Of a stretch of 64,000 nucleotides of DNA, positions 32,461 through 46,397 are shown one piece after another. The DNA is taken from NCBI GenBank assembly GCA_030141605.1, contig JAQGDQ010000169.1, positions 248,001-312,000 on the forward strand. Direction: 5' to 3'. The notes below the pieces were generated by a model. The model saw nothing but the letters and a program-made list of their open reading frames with translations, did not search any database and was not told the DNA's origin. Within the stretch, counting starts at the first letter, position 1, and each line of letters opens with the position of its first letter. This DNA is from Tubiluchus corallicola (lineage: Eukaryota > Animalia > Priapulida). The position numbers were made by a program, and so were the translations under genes.

Positions 32461-33991
32461 ATAAGAACTAATGTTCGTGAGAATCATAGCATTTGCAGAT
32501 GTTCAACTCTTGCTTGCGAATATACACATAAATTTGAAAATATAAAGCAAAAAAAACGTGATTTATTACCCAAAAAGCGAATACCTTCTCCGCGCTGAAC
32601 TTGTTTAAACAAAATGTGTAAATCACAATAAAAAACTTTTGCGATTTAACTTTAATATTTTCTTCTTTTTCAGAAACAAATTTGTTAGGAATATCGCAGC
32701 TCCTGCCACAAATGATTTCGTTTCTTAAAGCCATGTATGGTAGCAAAAGCTTATAAGACTCCTGTCGCTCCTGTAGGAAATAAACAAGCCTTGCGTTTAC
32801 GCAAAATGAGCGATAATTCAATTAACATTAACGAATTCGAAGCCACCAATCACTTTGAATCAACAAATCACAAAGCAATGTTCGGAGTTCAATCGTTAGG
32901 TGCAAAATTTGGACCTGCAAGCATTTTGCATTTTGTTCTTTTTAGTTTTTGCTCGAAAATTGTCTTTACACACAAAGGCGATAAATTTTACAATAATATG
33001 ATTTCTGCTTAATCATTTACCCTTTGTGCATGACAAGTGGGGTGTGAGCGTAAATGGCCTCAAGCGAATGTTCTGTTTGCGTAGTTTTTTCAGAGCTTTA
33101 CATTAATACGTTTCTTTTTTAGGCAGAGCCGAACAAACGTTAATGTCCACTTAGTGCACTGTATACTGTTGTTACGCATTCCAGAACTACAATAATCGGA
33201 AAGTATATTAGTGTAATGAGAACCAAGCTTGTAATTGTAGCTTTTATTTGTTTTTCTTGGACAAAATATGTAAATTTGATTGATTCCCATAGCAAACTCA
33301 AGTTTCGCAATATTTCCTGATTCGCGAACATTTCCTAGCTTCGTCTGGACGACTCGTACTCAGCAAGTGGTTTTATAGTTGAGTGTGTTTCGCAAATTAC
33401 CTTACGTTAGGAACGCACGACCTATATTTTTGCCATTTCGTTTCATATGCGCCGAGCAACTGCCATCAGGAACACATCGCTCCCAGCCTGATCAAATCAG
33501 TTATCGGTAATGTTTTGTAGATTCGCGCAACCTTTCCCAGCAAACAGAGTAACAGTTGTGCGCTTTCCCATTGAAAAGTGAAGCCTTCTCGATGAAAAGA
33601 GAACCTCGGCATAATAAGTACATTCGCTTCTTATGGGATATAAGTGACGACAACTGAAAACCTAGTAGTAAACAGACAGAAATAGCAGGCATGTAATAAC
33701 CTTGCCTGAAATCATTCGTTCTTCTTATGATTAATATATTTATCGTTTGTTTTAGAGTGGTTGCTGCAAAGTTATTGTTTTGTGTGCTGCTTAATTGCCT
33801 AAAAATTGCCTGAGTAGCAAAATGCCGTTGTCGTGTTACCTCTAAAATTACTGGGTATTTGTCATGAGAAAGGTCAAGATGACAAATACGTATCCAAACG
33901 TGTTTGAATTTTCAGGAAATTTGCCGTCTGCTCCAGGTAAAAAAGGATTCTAAATATTTTAATTTAGTAATTGTGTTCTATCCCGGTTGTC

Positions 33992-35458
33992 ATGCCGCAC
34001 ATAGCAGTCATTGCCAATTACACAAACTTTACTGAGACAACAGTAATTTTGGAGGAAGGAAATTATTCGAATGTGTCTGAATCTCGGGTAATTACAATTG
34101 AGAAATACATTATTATTCTCCTCCTGTCTTCTATTATAATCTCAGCAGTATTTGGCAATCTCCTAGTCATCCTGGCAGTGTTCGTCAATAAGAGACTCCG
34201 CACGGTAACTAATTGCTTTGTGGTCTCGCTAGCTGTGGCAGACATGTTGGTTGCCACATGCGTTATGCCGTTTGCCATATCTGTCGAGGTGACGAACAGG
34301 TGGGAATTTGGACGGATTCTATGTGAAATGTACACGAGCCTTGACGTAATGTTGTGCACTGCGTCTATTCTCAATCTGTGCTGCATCAGTGTGGACCGTT
34401 ATTTTGCCGTAACACGGCCGCTGGTGTACGCCACCAAAAGAACTAAACGGCTAGCCTTGTTCATGGTGGCTGGAGCTTGGCTTCTTTCAGCAGTCATTAC
34501 AATGCCACCTATCGTTGGCTGGAGAGACCCAGACTATGGAAAGGACACCTATAAGTGTTACATTTCCACCGCTCACGGGTACGTTGTGTACTCTGCTTGC
34601 GGGTCCTTTTACATACCTCTGGTAGTTATGTTGTACGTATATTACCAGATATTCCGCGTGGCTAATGAGAGGGAGAAAAGTTTGAGACCATACAGAAGAA
34701 ATCTACTGCGATTGAGCAGTAAACCAGGAAGGAAATTCCATTTCTGCGAGTGCAGCGTTAAGCGTTGTGATCGTAATTCCAGTGACAGTATGCGCGCTCA
34801 ATATAGGAAGCGTAGAAACTTAGTTCGGTTAAATAGTAATGATAGCAGTTCTGATAATACCTTACAATTTGTTGAAGGAACATCAGGCAGCACGTCGCTG
34901 CAGTCACCAATTTCACCTATTGATGATTCATTTAAAGATGCCGAAGATGGCGTTACTGTTGCTGAAGACAAAGAATTAAAACAATCTCACTCACGCGAAT
35001 TATCCACTCACCCAAGCAAACCACTTTCATCTCAATCAAACGAAGCAATTGAAGTTACTAGTGGGGATGTGAATGTTGACGAACTGCAAGACTCTAAAGC
35101 TGCTCACTTAGAAAAGGCAAAAGAACGCGCTCTTTTACGCAAAGAAAGCAAGGCTGCCAGAACGTTGGCGGTGGTGGTAGGGGCTTTTGTAGTCTGCTGG
35201 CTTCCTTTTTTCATCCAATATCTGATTGCACCGTTTTGTGACTGCAACGTGCCAAACTCATTCGTCAGTTTTGCTGTGTGGCTGGGCTACGTAAATTCGG
35301 CTGTAAACCCATCAATTTATGCTTTCTACAACAAGGAATTTAGGTACGCCTTTTGGTCTTTGACTTGTGGTTTGTGTACTTTCGGTACGCCTTCAGCCCA
35401 ATTCAAACCTACCTCTTCTGTTAAATTTACGTTTGTAACTAGAAATACAATTTCATGA
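33992..35458 (+). CDS. Intronless class A biogenic-amine GPCR, most similar to type-2 tyramine receptors
   Basis: First ATG at 33992 (the track start 33971 is TTG). Seven TM segments, TM3 Asp (SLDVMLCTASILNLC), DRY, TM5 serines (YSACGSFYIP), CWLPFF, NSAVNPSIY; four N-glycosylation sequons in the N-terminus. RLRTVTNCF, KRLAL and YAFY..FR.AFW.LTC resemble the arthropod TyrR2 group from memory; the ligand is an inference. Confidence 0.9.
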   Translation: MPHIAVIANYTNFTETTVILEEGNYSNVSESRVITIEKYIIILLLSSIIISAVFGNLLVILAVFVNKRLRTVTNCFVVSLAVADMLVATCVMPFAISVEVTNRWEFGRILCEMYTSLDVMLCTASILNLCCISVDRYFAVTRPLVYATKRTKRLALFMVAGAWLLSAVITMPPIVGWRDPDYGKDTYKCYISTAHGYVVYSACGSFYIPLVVMLYVYYQIFRVANEREKSLRPYRRNLLRLSSKPGRKFHFCECSVKRCDRNSSDSMRAQYRKRRNLVRLNSNDSSSDNTLQFVEGTSGSTSLQSPISPIDDSFKDAEDGVTVAEDKELKQSHSRELSTHPSKPLSSQSNEAIEVTSGDVNVDELQDSKAAHLEKAKERALLRKESKAARTLAVVVGAFVVCWLPFFIQYLIAPFCDCNVPNSFVSFAVWLGYVNSAVNPSIYAFYNKEFRYAFWSLTCGLCTFGTPSAQFKPTSSVKFTFVTRNTIS

Positions 35459-38400
35459 TAAAAGTTAGTAACATTGCATATTTTGACTTGTATACAAAAA
35501 TCATTTTAATCGGTGATGCAAAAAAATCTTTTCCTTACATTGGCCATCCGTCATCCAATAGAAGATTTCATATACAAGTGAAAGTATGAAGTATTAATAA
35601 AAGAAAAATCTGATGAATGTACCGTAGTATTAATTAGAAATTGTCTTATTTGTTTTTGTTCTTTTTTATTCTTTTGATCGACATAGATAAATTACGAACG
35701 AGTGAGACTTCTACAAAATTTTTGCAACAACATTAATATACCTGATGCGCGGGAAGCCTTTGAGTCACTCGTAAGACCTTTCAATATGCTGAATGAGCTT
35801 TCAATGCTTCGCCAGGCCGCTGTGTTGATGAAATTATTTCAATGTTAATACAAACATTTTCGTAACTTCATTTCTGGAGGTTACAATGTGTCGTTTATAC
35901 AAAAAATTACTTTAGCTTCATTCCACGCGGATTTCATTGAAATTTGGCCAAATCTTAAATTTGGGAAACCACTTCAACTTTTGTTTCTTTAGTAATGTGG
36001 CATTTAGCATGGATGATGTGAAACAACTACTCAGCGTGCTAGCACTGTACCACGTAAGACACGCAAGACGACGTTGACAAGCATACACAAAAGAACATGG
36101 AATTAAAATTTCAAAAGATTTCCAAATGTTAATTTAATGCCAGGTAGTACTTGCAAACAAGGTTTTACATTCTAACATATCATGTTTCAGACATACCATG
36201 AAGAAACTACGCGATTTTTCAGGACGTGACTGGAGCTATACGAGTGGTAGATAGATTGAATTGTTGAAAAATATTGTTGTTCAGGTACCTCATTCACGAG
36301 CTTTGTAATAAATGTGTGTAGCAAAACACGGTTTTGCACTAGTGCATGTTAAAATATTGTTCGTTGTTTTTTAATTATAACTTCACGCTGATCTCTATAG
36401 TCGTGGATGGTCTAACTGCATAATCTGGCACAATTCTTTATTATTTAAATATTAATTTTTGCTCTGTTGCAGAGTTGGTTGTTGTTTTTCTCATATCTGG
36501 TTTCTCCTACATATTTTTTCCTCTTCTTGTCGTCTGTTTCTTGTAATCAACCAAGGTTGACTAATGGTTTCTGTTGCTTTTACTAAATTTGGCATGAGAA
36601 AATATTTTGGCTGTGACCTTACGTTAGATCAAGGTCATTGTAATGCTCTTCGCTGTTTTGAATTGAGAACGTCGAAGTAAATTCTGGCTTTAAGATCAAT
36701 TTTATCCAAAGCTGACTGTTCTAAATAAATCAAGCTTGCCACCCTTTAAATCAAGTACTTCTTCTGAAAGTTACCATTGCAATACCAAGATAAATATTAA
36801 GGTAGCATGTTTGATATCGTGTCATGAGGAAGGTCAATAATCAATGAAAGGTTATCACGCCCTATAAGGGTATAATGGGAGGTAGTCGTTGGCTTCTGAT
36901 TTGGTGAACTGACAGATGACTTTAGAAAAAAGTCACAAACGCAATGGCACAACATGCATAATGTTTGCGCGTTACATTAACATGAGATTTTACTTTTTTG
37001 TGTTTGTGATTGTTCATGGAGTATACGTAGTTGAATTTTGCTGTGTCTTCGTCCTTCCCGTTTTCTTCCCTTTTCTCTCTTTCATTGTCATCATCGCCAT
37101 CACTTCGTTTCAAGTTAGGTTAATCTGAAGTCGCTGCATCGAGTGCATAGCCATAAACCAGTAATCCTTATACATCGACCTTTGTGTTTGCTTTCCTTGG
37201 CCAATCCCACGCTCGTGAAAGTGACATTATGCTTCTATTTTCCAGCCGGTCAGAACTATCTCAAGCAATTCTTGCTTAAGCCGATAAAGCCATTAGCAGT
37301 TAACTGGATTCGCGACATTTATTACGACAATTTGCATATGAAGAGTAAACAGCGGCTCCTCAACCTCGCTGAATTTCCTCTCAACTCATCAACAATCGGT
37401 TGAAAAGGATATCCAGGACAGCGTGCTGACGAAATAAAGCGCATTCATTAAACTTCGGTAAATTTTGATAATCTCACTTAATCCCAGTACATTTATCATT
37501 CGGTGTCGTATTTATCTTGTTGAAAAATCAAAAACTCATTTAACTGTGTAATGCGCACGTACTTTGTGTGCAATTGATGCTTTGAGAAACAAAAAAAAAA
37601 CACAATTTCATAAACTCACTAATCATATTTCAAGATATTGTTTAGCAATCTGCTGTCTTAGCATAAAAACAATTACAAATTCAAACGAAGACTAGGCAAT
37701 TTTAATACCATGAAAAGCTCTTTGTATTAAGCAAATCTTGGTTCCACTAGAGGTGCTTATTACTTGCATTACGATAGCCATCAATTTTAGTGGTTCCTGG
37801 CATTTGGTTACAGTAAGTTAACTTTTATTTTATTGTTACAGTTATTTTATTTTGTTCTATTGTTGTTGAAGATTAGCTACATTTACTTTTTAGTTGTTGT
37901 CGTGCTGAGAATCTGGTCGTTTTACTCTTTTTCGATGCCGCAATATATCTATTATTGTAATTTTAACCCTCGATTCTCATCACGACTTCGAAAACGCTTT
38001 GCTGTTGGATTTAGCCTTGTAATTTCGATTAGGGTATGAGTGATTTAATGCTCGTTTTCAATGACGAGAAAAAATAAATATATCCAGAGCCTTCTTTTGA
38101 TTTTCTGCTACCAATGACCATAAAATCTCAGCGTCAGTTCGTGAGCTTAAGTTTACGTCATATTTCTAGTTACGGCAATCCTGCCATTAAAGTGAGGAAC
38201 TAAAAATGTTTTAAAAATGTTGGTGAATCATAAGCTACTCGGACACATGACATCTGTGAAAAAGTAAAGTTTGCTTAACAATACTGGATAAGAAGAGCCT
38301 TTTTCTAATTCCCAACATTACGGATTGCCCGTTTTAACAGCATCAATATTCCGTATCTCGAACGATTTTTATCATGTCAGAATGTCGGCTAAAACTGAGT

Positions 38401-38516
38401 TTTGCTTTAGTATGGTTTAGGAATCTAAAGCAGCGCTTGTGTTTCCGGTACAGAAACCATTGATCACGCGTAACAAGAAAAGGTCAGATCTTTCCGGAAG
38501 GCAATAACAAAAATCG

Positions 38517-38746
38517 TGAATGACCAACAAAAATAACTTACGAGAATACTTTTACGACACTGTATTGAGCAAATACTTACCAACATTTGAATAAATTTCT
38601 TTTCAAGTCAAAAGGTTAAGAAAACAAATTATGAATGTCCAACAAAAATAACTTACGAGAATACTTCTACGATACTGTATTGAGCAAATACTTACCAACA
38701 TTTGAATAAATTTCTTTTCAAGGCAAAAGGTTAAGAAAACAAATTA
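38517..38746. repeat. Direct tandem duplication, 2 x 115 bp
   Basis: TGAATGACCAACAAAAATAACTTACGAG...GGTTAAGAAAACAAATTA repeated head to tail with about 4 substitutions. Confidence 0.9.
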
Positions 38747-38910
38747 ACAAAACGTAAGATCATGACTAATAATTTCAGAACTACTGGAGATAACGTAAGC
38801 GTTTCCCGGTTACATAGAGATGGAGAGGGTTAACTTTCTAATATAAATTCAAAAACTGGTGTGCAATTACTGCACACCTAGGAGGATCTCAAGTGGTCGT
38901 TACACAACAG

Positions 38911-39705
38911 ATAGTCCGATCTGCTTGCCGAAAAAGGGGAACTGACTGGATACAGCTGCCATACTTTCAGGAATGACTTTTTAGACCATTCTAACAGCGT
39001 TTTTGGTACGTTTGTAGAATTTCGCATTTTGGCCCGCAGTCCAGAGTCATTAAAATGTTACGAAATAGTCCTGCGCTTTGGAGGGCTATAACTTCAAAAC
39101 GTTCACAGATAAACACTTGGCTACCTTGATTTTTGGGACAGGGTGCTGATGACGTCATAGTGTATCGTCGTTAACGGGACATACATTCCGAGTGAATGTA
39201 ACTTACCTAGATACTACTATAGATAATGAACACACTTTACATGAATACAGATGACATATATGATAAAAAATTAAGATTATCGAAATTTGATGCATGGGAC
39301 AGGGGTGCAGATTATCCCATCAGTGCCCTTTGTGTACAACTTACACCTAAATTCTAGTAGCAAATGGCCGATTTCTTATTGATCGTCATATTTTATGGCT
39401 ATGCTTGCAAGTTACGTACAAATGGATAGAGGGATGTGAAATGTGAAGTTGTGAAATGGATAGAGGGATACTGAATACTGTTACGTAATTTGTCCACTTC
39501 GTGTGTTCCTAGGTCAGTACTACCAAATGAAAGCCCACATATAACTTCCTATTCGCCCCTAATAGTAACCAAGTGCCTATTTGTGAACGTTTTGGAGTTA
39601 TAAGCCTTCACAGTGCAGCACATTTATAAAAATGTTCAAAAACTTTGGCAGCTGTATCCATTCAGTCCCATTTCATCAAAATTTGACCTTAGCAGACTGG
39701 ACTAA
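38911..39705. mobile_element. MITE-like element with long imperfect inverted arms
   Basis: GGAACTGACTGGATACAGCTGCCA (~38938-38961) pairs with TGGCAGCTGTATCCATTCAGTCCC (~39646-39669); CTATAACTTCAAAACGTTCACAGATAAACACTTGG (~39086-39120) pairs with CCAAGTGCCTATTTGTGAACGTTTTGGAGTTATA (~39569-39602). Confidence 0.65.
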
Positions 39706-42464
39706 GAGGTTTTTAAATATAATTTTATCACGCGGTATGATAGCCGTTCTGCAGTTCTGTTAAAAGTGTATTCACTAGTGAATGAAATTGCAGCTTTAAA
39801 TTAGTGCATTTAACATAATCTTAGCTCAAAATTTGTCGCTCACTCAGCTGTTCTACAAGCTTCACGTATTATTTAGTAAACTTTCTAGTATTTCTTTAAA
39901 TTTTACTTCTTCAAACTCTGACAACGCAGACGTATATTATCTGTTGAAACATAAATACATTCTATGAAGTGAATTAGACATATTTTAGTTAAAGAACAAG
40001 TTTGTAAAATTAGCAGACATTTTTGTTCCATGCATGTTACATCCATTAAAATTACATTACATCAATTAAAGGGGAAATCCTAAATTTTCCCTCTATTCCC
40101 CACGCACAGAAACATTTGTGATATCGAGTTTACTTTGTAAAATGAGTTTTAAGAGTCAAGTAGATAATTTCTGAATATTAAATGGCAATAACAAGCGCAC
40201 AATTTCAAGTGTAATTTAACATACTATAGACATTTTAACCTTGTCAGCGCTTGTAACTTGAACTTGTGACAAAGGCACCTCTAGCTGCACCCAAATGTAA
40301 GTAGCTTTGCGTTTGATGCTAAATAAGTAAAACTATCAATCAAGGTTTATTGCAGGCTATAATGTTATGACAGCGTAATGAATTTTTACATAAAATAAGT
40401 CACAAACAGAAACTGTATCGGGTCTTCGTGTACAGGTATGGGACATGAAGTGCGATGAAGGACAAAGGGCGCAAGAAATGACTCCAATCAGCTGAATTTT
40501 AGGATGTACGCAAACCAATGTAAAACAGAACTTACTTAGATAAGCAAATAAGCGAAATGTCACATAGTGTTACTCCAGATTTCTACATCTTATTAGGGGA
40601 CAATCATATGCAGCCTAAAACCATACAAGGAAAAACAAAGTTTTTGATTTTTACATCGCATCCCTTGTTGCGCAAATTTAGGGCGACCGTTAATGTTATG
40701 GGTTAACAAATATATTGTTATAGTTAATTCAATTGTATGATAAAAGAGTTAACAATAACTTACAGACACGCTAATAACATAATTCTTTGTAATATCAGTT
40801 TCACTCACGTGTCATTTTTTAACTTATTGTATACTTATAATCGTGTTCTACCTTGCGTAATTTACAGCAGTGCTAGTTCAATTATATTGCATTGGTCATA
40901 ATGTGACAGATTAATGTGTTCAAGACTCATTATTGACCTTCAAACGACAAATTTTATTTTCGTGTTGTTTCGGAGTAATACAGGAAACACTTCAGAAATC
41001 ACATATATACGCACCTGCGTGTATATTGCATTATACGGTTTAATAGAGAAATAAACTACAATATAGTTTTTGCGGCATGCCAGAATCTTATTAATTTGAG
41101 TTAAGAAATCAGCAGATTTTACGTTACAAGACGAGAAATATGTTGCGCATAACTCATGTCGAATTTTGTTGCAAAATCAAACTAGGCAGCAGCCTAAATA
41201 CATGTACATTTATATTTGTTTGCATCTTCAGCGTTTAAAAGATGCCTACATGACAACATGCATAAAGTAACCGTTTAATTTGGGAAGTTTCCATCGTTAT
41301 TGTTTCATTTCATTACGGCTAGACTTTTGCCTTGTCGTTTATCCGTCGTATATCAGTGCAGAATGCATTATCCTATGATTTTTCAAAGCATTGCTATTTC
41401 GTATTTGTCCTCCAGCGGTACATTCAATGACAGCTTGCATTGCTTCCAATTGTTTTACGTTTCTCGCTAATGTTTTGTTCATTTTTTGCAAAGGTACAAG
41501 TATTGTAAATTTCTAACATACACTGTTACAACCCATTTTCGGTGGCCAGTAGGTGCATAGTCGTAGTAGCGCTTTGCTGAGATGTAAAATGACCCTAGTA
41601 CAGTGCATTGTGTATGAAAAACTGAAGCACCACATTCCGCATTCACGCGACGCACTGATAGGTCATCCGTGCGAATCCAATAGATGGAGGTTTGTGTTTG
41701 TAGACAAACAATTCCTATATTCAGCGTGTTTGATATGCACTGAGACTAAGTACTTAGCTTGTTCACTTTTAGGTAGGCTGATAATTGTACTAAGAGTAAT
41801 GCGGGTTCGAGTTCGACTCTGATATCTGACATAACTGTAATATTTAACTCTTTTAGGTTACAAATAACGTCAGTAAGCTCCGCGGCTATACCTTCCTTAC
41901 AAAAACTATGTGACACTACATTTGAAGCTGTGATGTACTACATTACTTCCTCTCATTACAGATCCGCATCCGGAAACAGTTATTTAACTGAAGGAAACCG
42001 ACGAATTGCCATCGACCAACACAAATCGCATAATTGCCGAAATGAAGCCGAGTAAAATAAACACGGCTTCCCTAAGTGTCAATCTGAAATTGTTAACCGG
42101 CCCGACCAAATGTAATTATTGTTTGTACTTGCCGAGAAAAATGCTTTTACTTTTCACTAATAAGTCATATTTATCAATATCTGAAGAAGATTTCACCCGA
42201 TAAAATTGGATTTGTGTTTATTTAGGGATAATTCTCTTGCAATTTCGTCGCGAAATGAGAAAATTAATTAGCAAAGTAAAGCTTTATGTCGATTTTCAGT
42301 CTACATGTGGCACTGTGTGTTTAATTTGCTAAAGATTCGGAGTATACTTCTAGGCTTGTGGTGTTCACAGTGATTATGGACCAAAATTAATACAAATTAC
42401 CCGAATTTTGCATTTATTCCACTAGTTTGTCAGAGACAACATACTTACGTGCAACAACACTATA

Positions 42465-42505
42465 TCATGATCATCATCATCATGATCATGATCATCATGA
42501 TCATG

Positions 42506-42560
<55 letters not shown>

Positions 42561-42595
42561 CCACCACCATCGGCGTCGTCGTCGTCGTCGTTATT
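42465..42595. repeat. (CAT)n/(CAC)n/(CGT)n microsatellite
   Basis: Directly visible; explains the poly-His and poly-Ile ORFs. Confidence 0.92.
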
Positions 42596-44354
42596 ATTTA
42601 TTTACATACGCCTCCATTTGTAGGCAATACATTTCAAAAATATTGCTATTTACAGTTATGTTACAATTTTTGGCTGTATGCTATTTCACATTGTATTTAA
42701 ACATTAGCAGCTCTACAAATGTTCTTAATTATTGTCATTACGTGCAGTAGGCATAATAATAAATTCATCTGTGATAAAGTTAACTATATTACAAAAAAGG
42801 AGTGTCACCTAAATTATGTGAACGGCGCTGAAGAGGGATCAAGTCATCTAGTTGGTTATCTTTAACTACATTTTCTGTCTTTATGATTTCTAGCTGATGC
42901 AAAAACTGCTAGTTGAAACTTGAACTATTTCTGCGTTCCTCAGGTTATGTCTAATGAGTTGATTTTATGACCTTAACGTGCTGTGTCAGTGCAAACTTGC
43001 TTTGGTTTTAGTAAGGCTTTGTACCAGATGCAATAAAGTACCTAGGAGAATATAAAGTTTAAATGTGAACATTTTAGGTCTCAATTATTTTACGTTAAGT
43101 GCCAAATGACATCATAAAATTCAGAAAGAAAATACACCATTATTATTGAAATTATTGCTATAAAGACACAATTAATATTTCAGTACATTATGTGAGATTT
43201 TAAGCTCAACACACGTTATACAACGGATGTGATGTAGCTACCAATACTTCGCTTGTAATTTTCTTTGACAACACCAGAATCGGACGATGGTGAAGAGCTA
43301 GACAATATGAAGTGACAACATGTAATATCTCTTGTCGTCATCGCTTACAAGACACACAAGCTTACATTCATTATAGATAATAAACGATAATAAGGCTTAA
43401 ATCAGCTGACATACATAGAATTAGTAATGGGCCAATTTTCTACAAATCAAAATCCGTAAATATACTGTAATATGCATATTCCGAGAGAATGACCTTGCAG
43501 ACATTATTATACGCATGGAAACCTAATTATAAGAATAATAATAAACAATCCTTATTAATTTTTGTACATATGTAAAGTTGTCCACCAATATCGCAACCTC
43601 ACGGTTCGCCGGTACTACGTTTCGCCACTATTACGCTTCGCCACTACTGCGTAGCGAAGTGAAACACAAGCTAAAGTTGTCAGTATCACAATTTTAATTT
43701 CTTGTTAGATTATAATACCTACACTGTCACATGAAACTTAGGCTCCCTGGCTTTATTAGACATTATGAAAATAATCCCTATGTATCGTTTACTTAGTATT
43801 CGTTGTACGCACGTCCGTAAATTCTCTTGTTATATGCGTAACAACTAAACTTTTACCATTGTTCACCAAATTTTAACATGATATGATCTTATAAACCCAC
43901 AATATCACGCTCTCAAGTCACAAATTTTCTCATTCGAATTTAAATTTTCCTTACTGCACGTTAGTGAACCCGTGAGCCTAATTGCTCTCATGATCATTTA
44001 ATTTTTGATACGCCCTTGTACGATGGACAGCAATTCTATACCAATTGATAACAAGTGACGTGTTCTTTGGTGACTGTGAGTGCGGCAGTAAGACTGCATT
44101 TCGATTCCGAGCGAGTTTTAAACGTTTGTTGATATAAAATGTATACATTACTTTCACTTGATATAATACGATAAAAGGATCCAATAAAAACTTTTATGCC
44201 TGATGAGAGTTGCATCATAGTACATTCAAAAACTTGAACTCAGTATTAAGACTTAGTGAAGTTAAATTACTCTAGAATGAGCTCACAATAAATTACCCTA
44301 GAATTAGCACACTTAAAACACAGATTATGCTGCGTGATGGACGAGGGTTATAGG

Positions 44355-45345
44355 GGCTTCGAACACAGGGCTTTTAGGCACAGGTTATTCTGACTCAAAC
44401 ATTTTGAATACATATATTCTAGATTATTTAGACAGACAATTTTGGGCACATAGGTGTCTTCGACAACAGAATATTTGAACAGACAACTTGTTTGGACAAT
44501 AAGTCAAAGTCATTTAGACCTCGTAATTTTGGATACGTAAGTCCTTTACATACAGGTTATTATAACGCGTATATGTAGGTAATTTAAAAATACATAAGTC
44601 TTCTTGAAAGTCGAACCCATGCACAATTTGGACATGTAATTTGGATAAATTTCAGACTTTTTCATATTTTCTTTGTTTATGCCATGGCATTAATAATGCA
44701 TTGCAGATTAAGGTTTTTAAGCATTAATTAAGGTAAAACAATGGGCATTAGAAGAGTAGTTTTTCCTAGAAGATTTCTCTTTACAAATTATTAAAATGAG
44801 CAATAAAAGCTCTTTAGTTTGTACAGTTTAGCACGAAATGAAGAATTTTGCTTGAACTAAACGTAGTTGCATGCAGGTACGAATAAACTTTGACATTCTC
44901 GCTATATATAGTTACCGTCGCCGAATGCTGATATCTGCAAGCATGGCTTCCCTGAAAACAATGTGCATGGCTACTCTTTTGAGAACTGATCAACCCACGG
45001 TCACTAATCGATCATAACATACTAACAAATTCATTTCACTATCTTTGGAATGAATGTTCTCACTCCCAAATATCAGTATGAAAGGACTAAAGTCATTTAA
45101 CGCTTGTCGCAGCTCTTGTGGTCTTATAGATTATGTTGTTCAGAGTTAAATAACCTATGTGTCCAACTGACGTAAATGTCCAAAACACCTATGGTAAAAA
45201 TACCCTATACGGCCAAAATTCCTACAGTGTAAAAATGACCTGGGTACCTAAATGAATTCCCAAACTATCCATATGACCTATGTGTCCAAATCTCTCTGTA
45301 TCCATAAGCTTTTTGGCCGAGCATCCTGTGTCTAGATGTCAGTGT
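44355..45345. mobile_element. Degenerate DNA element with inverted subterminal short tandem repeats (CACTA/EnSpm-like layout)
   Basis: 44360-44650 carries degenerate TTTGGACACATAGGT units; 45150-45340 carries the reverse complement (ACCTATGTGTCCAA twice, plus variants). Confidence 0.45.
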
Positions 45346-46397
45346 GGAAATGGCAGCACAGCGTGGAAAAGGCATTCTTCTATAGATATAACCCATAGCT
45401 GATATAGCTGAGTTTCGTCAACATTCAGTGCAATTTGCGTCGACTTGAAAAAAGAATTTGGTCTCGTACGCTAAAGTGGCGATACACTAACACACTAATG
45501 GATAATAGGAACATATAACAATTTTAATCAAGAAGTTAAATGACAACGAAACTGAGTTAACGAAATTACAGTTTAGGCAATAATTCTCAACAAGGGTGAT
45601 AAATAAAATAAAGTCTTGTACGCACGTCAAAAAGAAACATAACAGAGAAAAATAATAAAAACGAGAGCAAGAAAACGAACAAACTTGCGGTTTTCTGTCA
45701 AATTAAAAGAAGTAAAAAATCCAATGTAGCTGTGACTATAAACAATGCCAGACGGTTTTCTATACATAAAAATCTCGTAACAACAGCCATTGTAATTTCC
45801 TTTTTTTGCGAGAACATAGCGCAAAATCTGTACATTACACTTGTATTTCTACAATGACGTAATAATTTCTGAGACTATTTTCATTCCCAATTGATTCTTA
45901 ATGTGAGAACCGATTTAATTTTGCTGAGAATGGACACTCCAAATTGCCGTCATTAAAATTCTCACTACCACGAAGCCATGCCAGGGAAAGCAGTTGCAGC
46001 TTACTACACTATGAATAGGGCATCCTAAAACATACAGTGCACTAAAACTGCTATAAACATACCAACATATACACCATACCAAGTCTAAAATGTGTCCAAT
46101 ATGAAATTATGTGATATAAGTATTTAGTAAGCGATTACATGTAATTCGCCAGCCTATTGAAAAGTTGTTGCCTAACGTCAAACTAAGAGACAAACAATAT
46201 TGATGTTAAAGCGAATAATGTACATTCTTACCGCTAAAACAGGAAGTACCTACAGTAGCATACTATACTGCTGTGGGCATACTTAACTAAAGTGTATCAA
46301 ATATGAAGAATATTTCGCCATCATTATCATAATATCGCTCATAATTCTCAAAACAAGCACCGTCGTGTGTTTTTTGGAACTTGCACTTATATATTAA

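Noticed and set aside
42427-42750. Low-complexity ORFs (poly-His here; also poly-ER 9419, poly-Q/L 10273-10587, LTLPY 48031, poly-I 7496, YI 32159)
   Set aside because: All are translations of microsatellites, with no splice or homology support.
43604-43660. Short TTCGCCACTA repeats, superficially array-like
   Set aside because: Only three ~17-bp units with no unique spacers; typical transposon subterminal repeat debris, not CRISPR (eukaryotic context, no cas genes).
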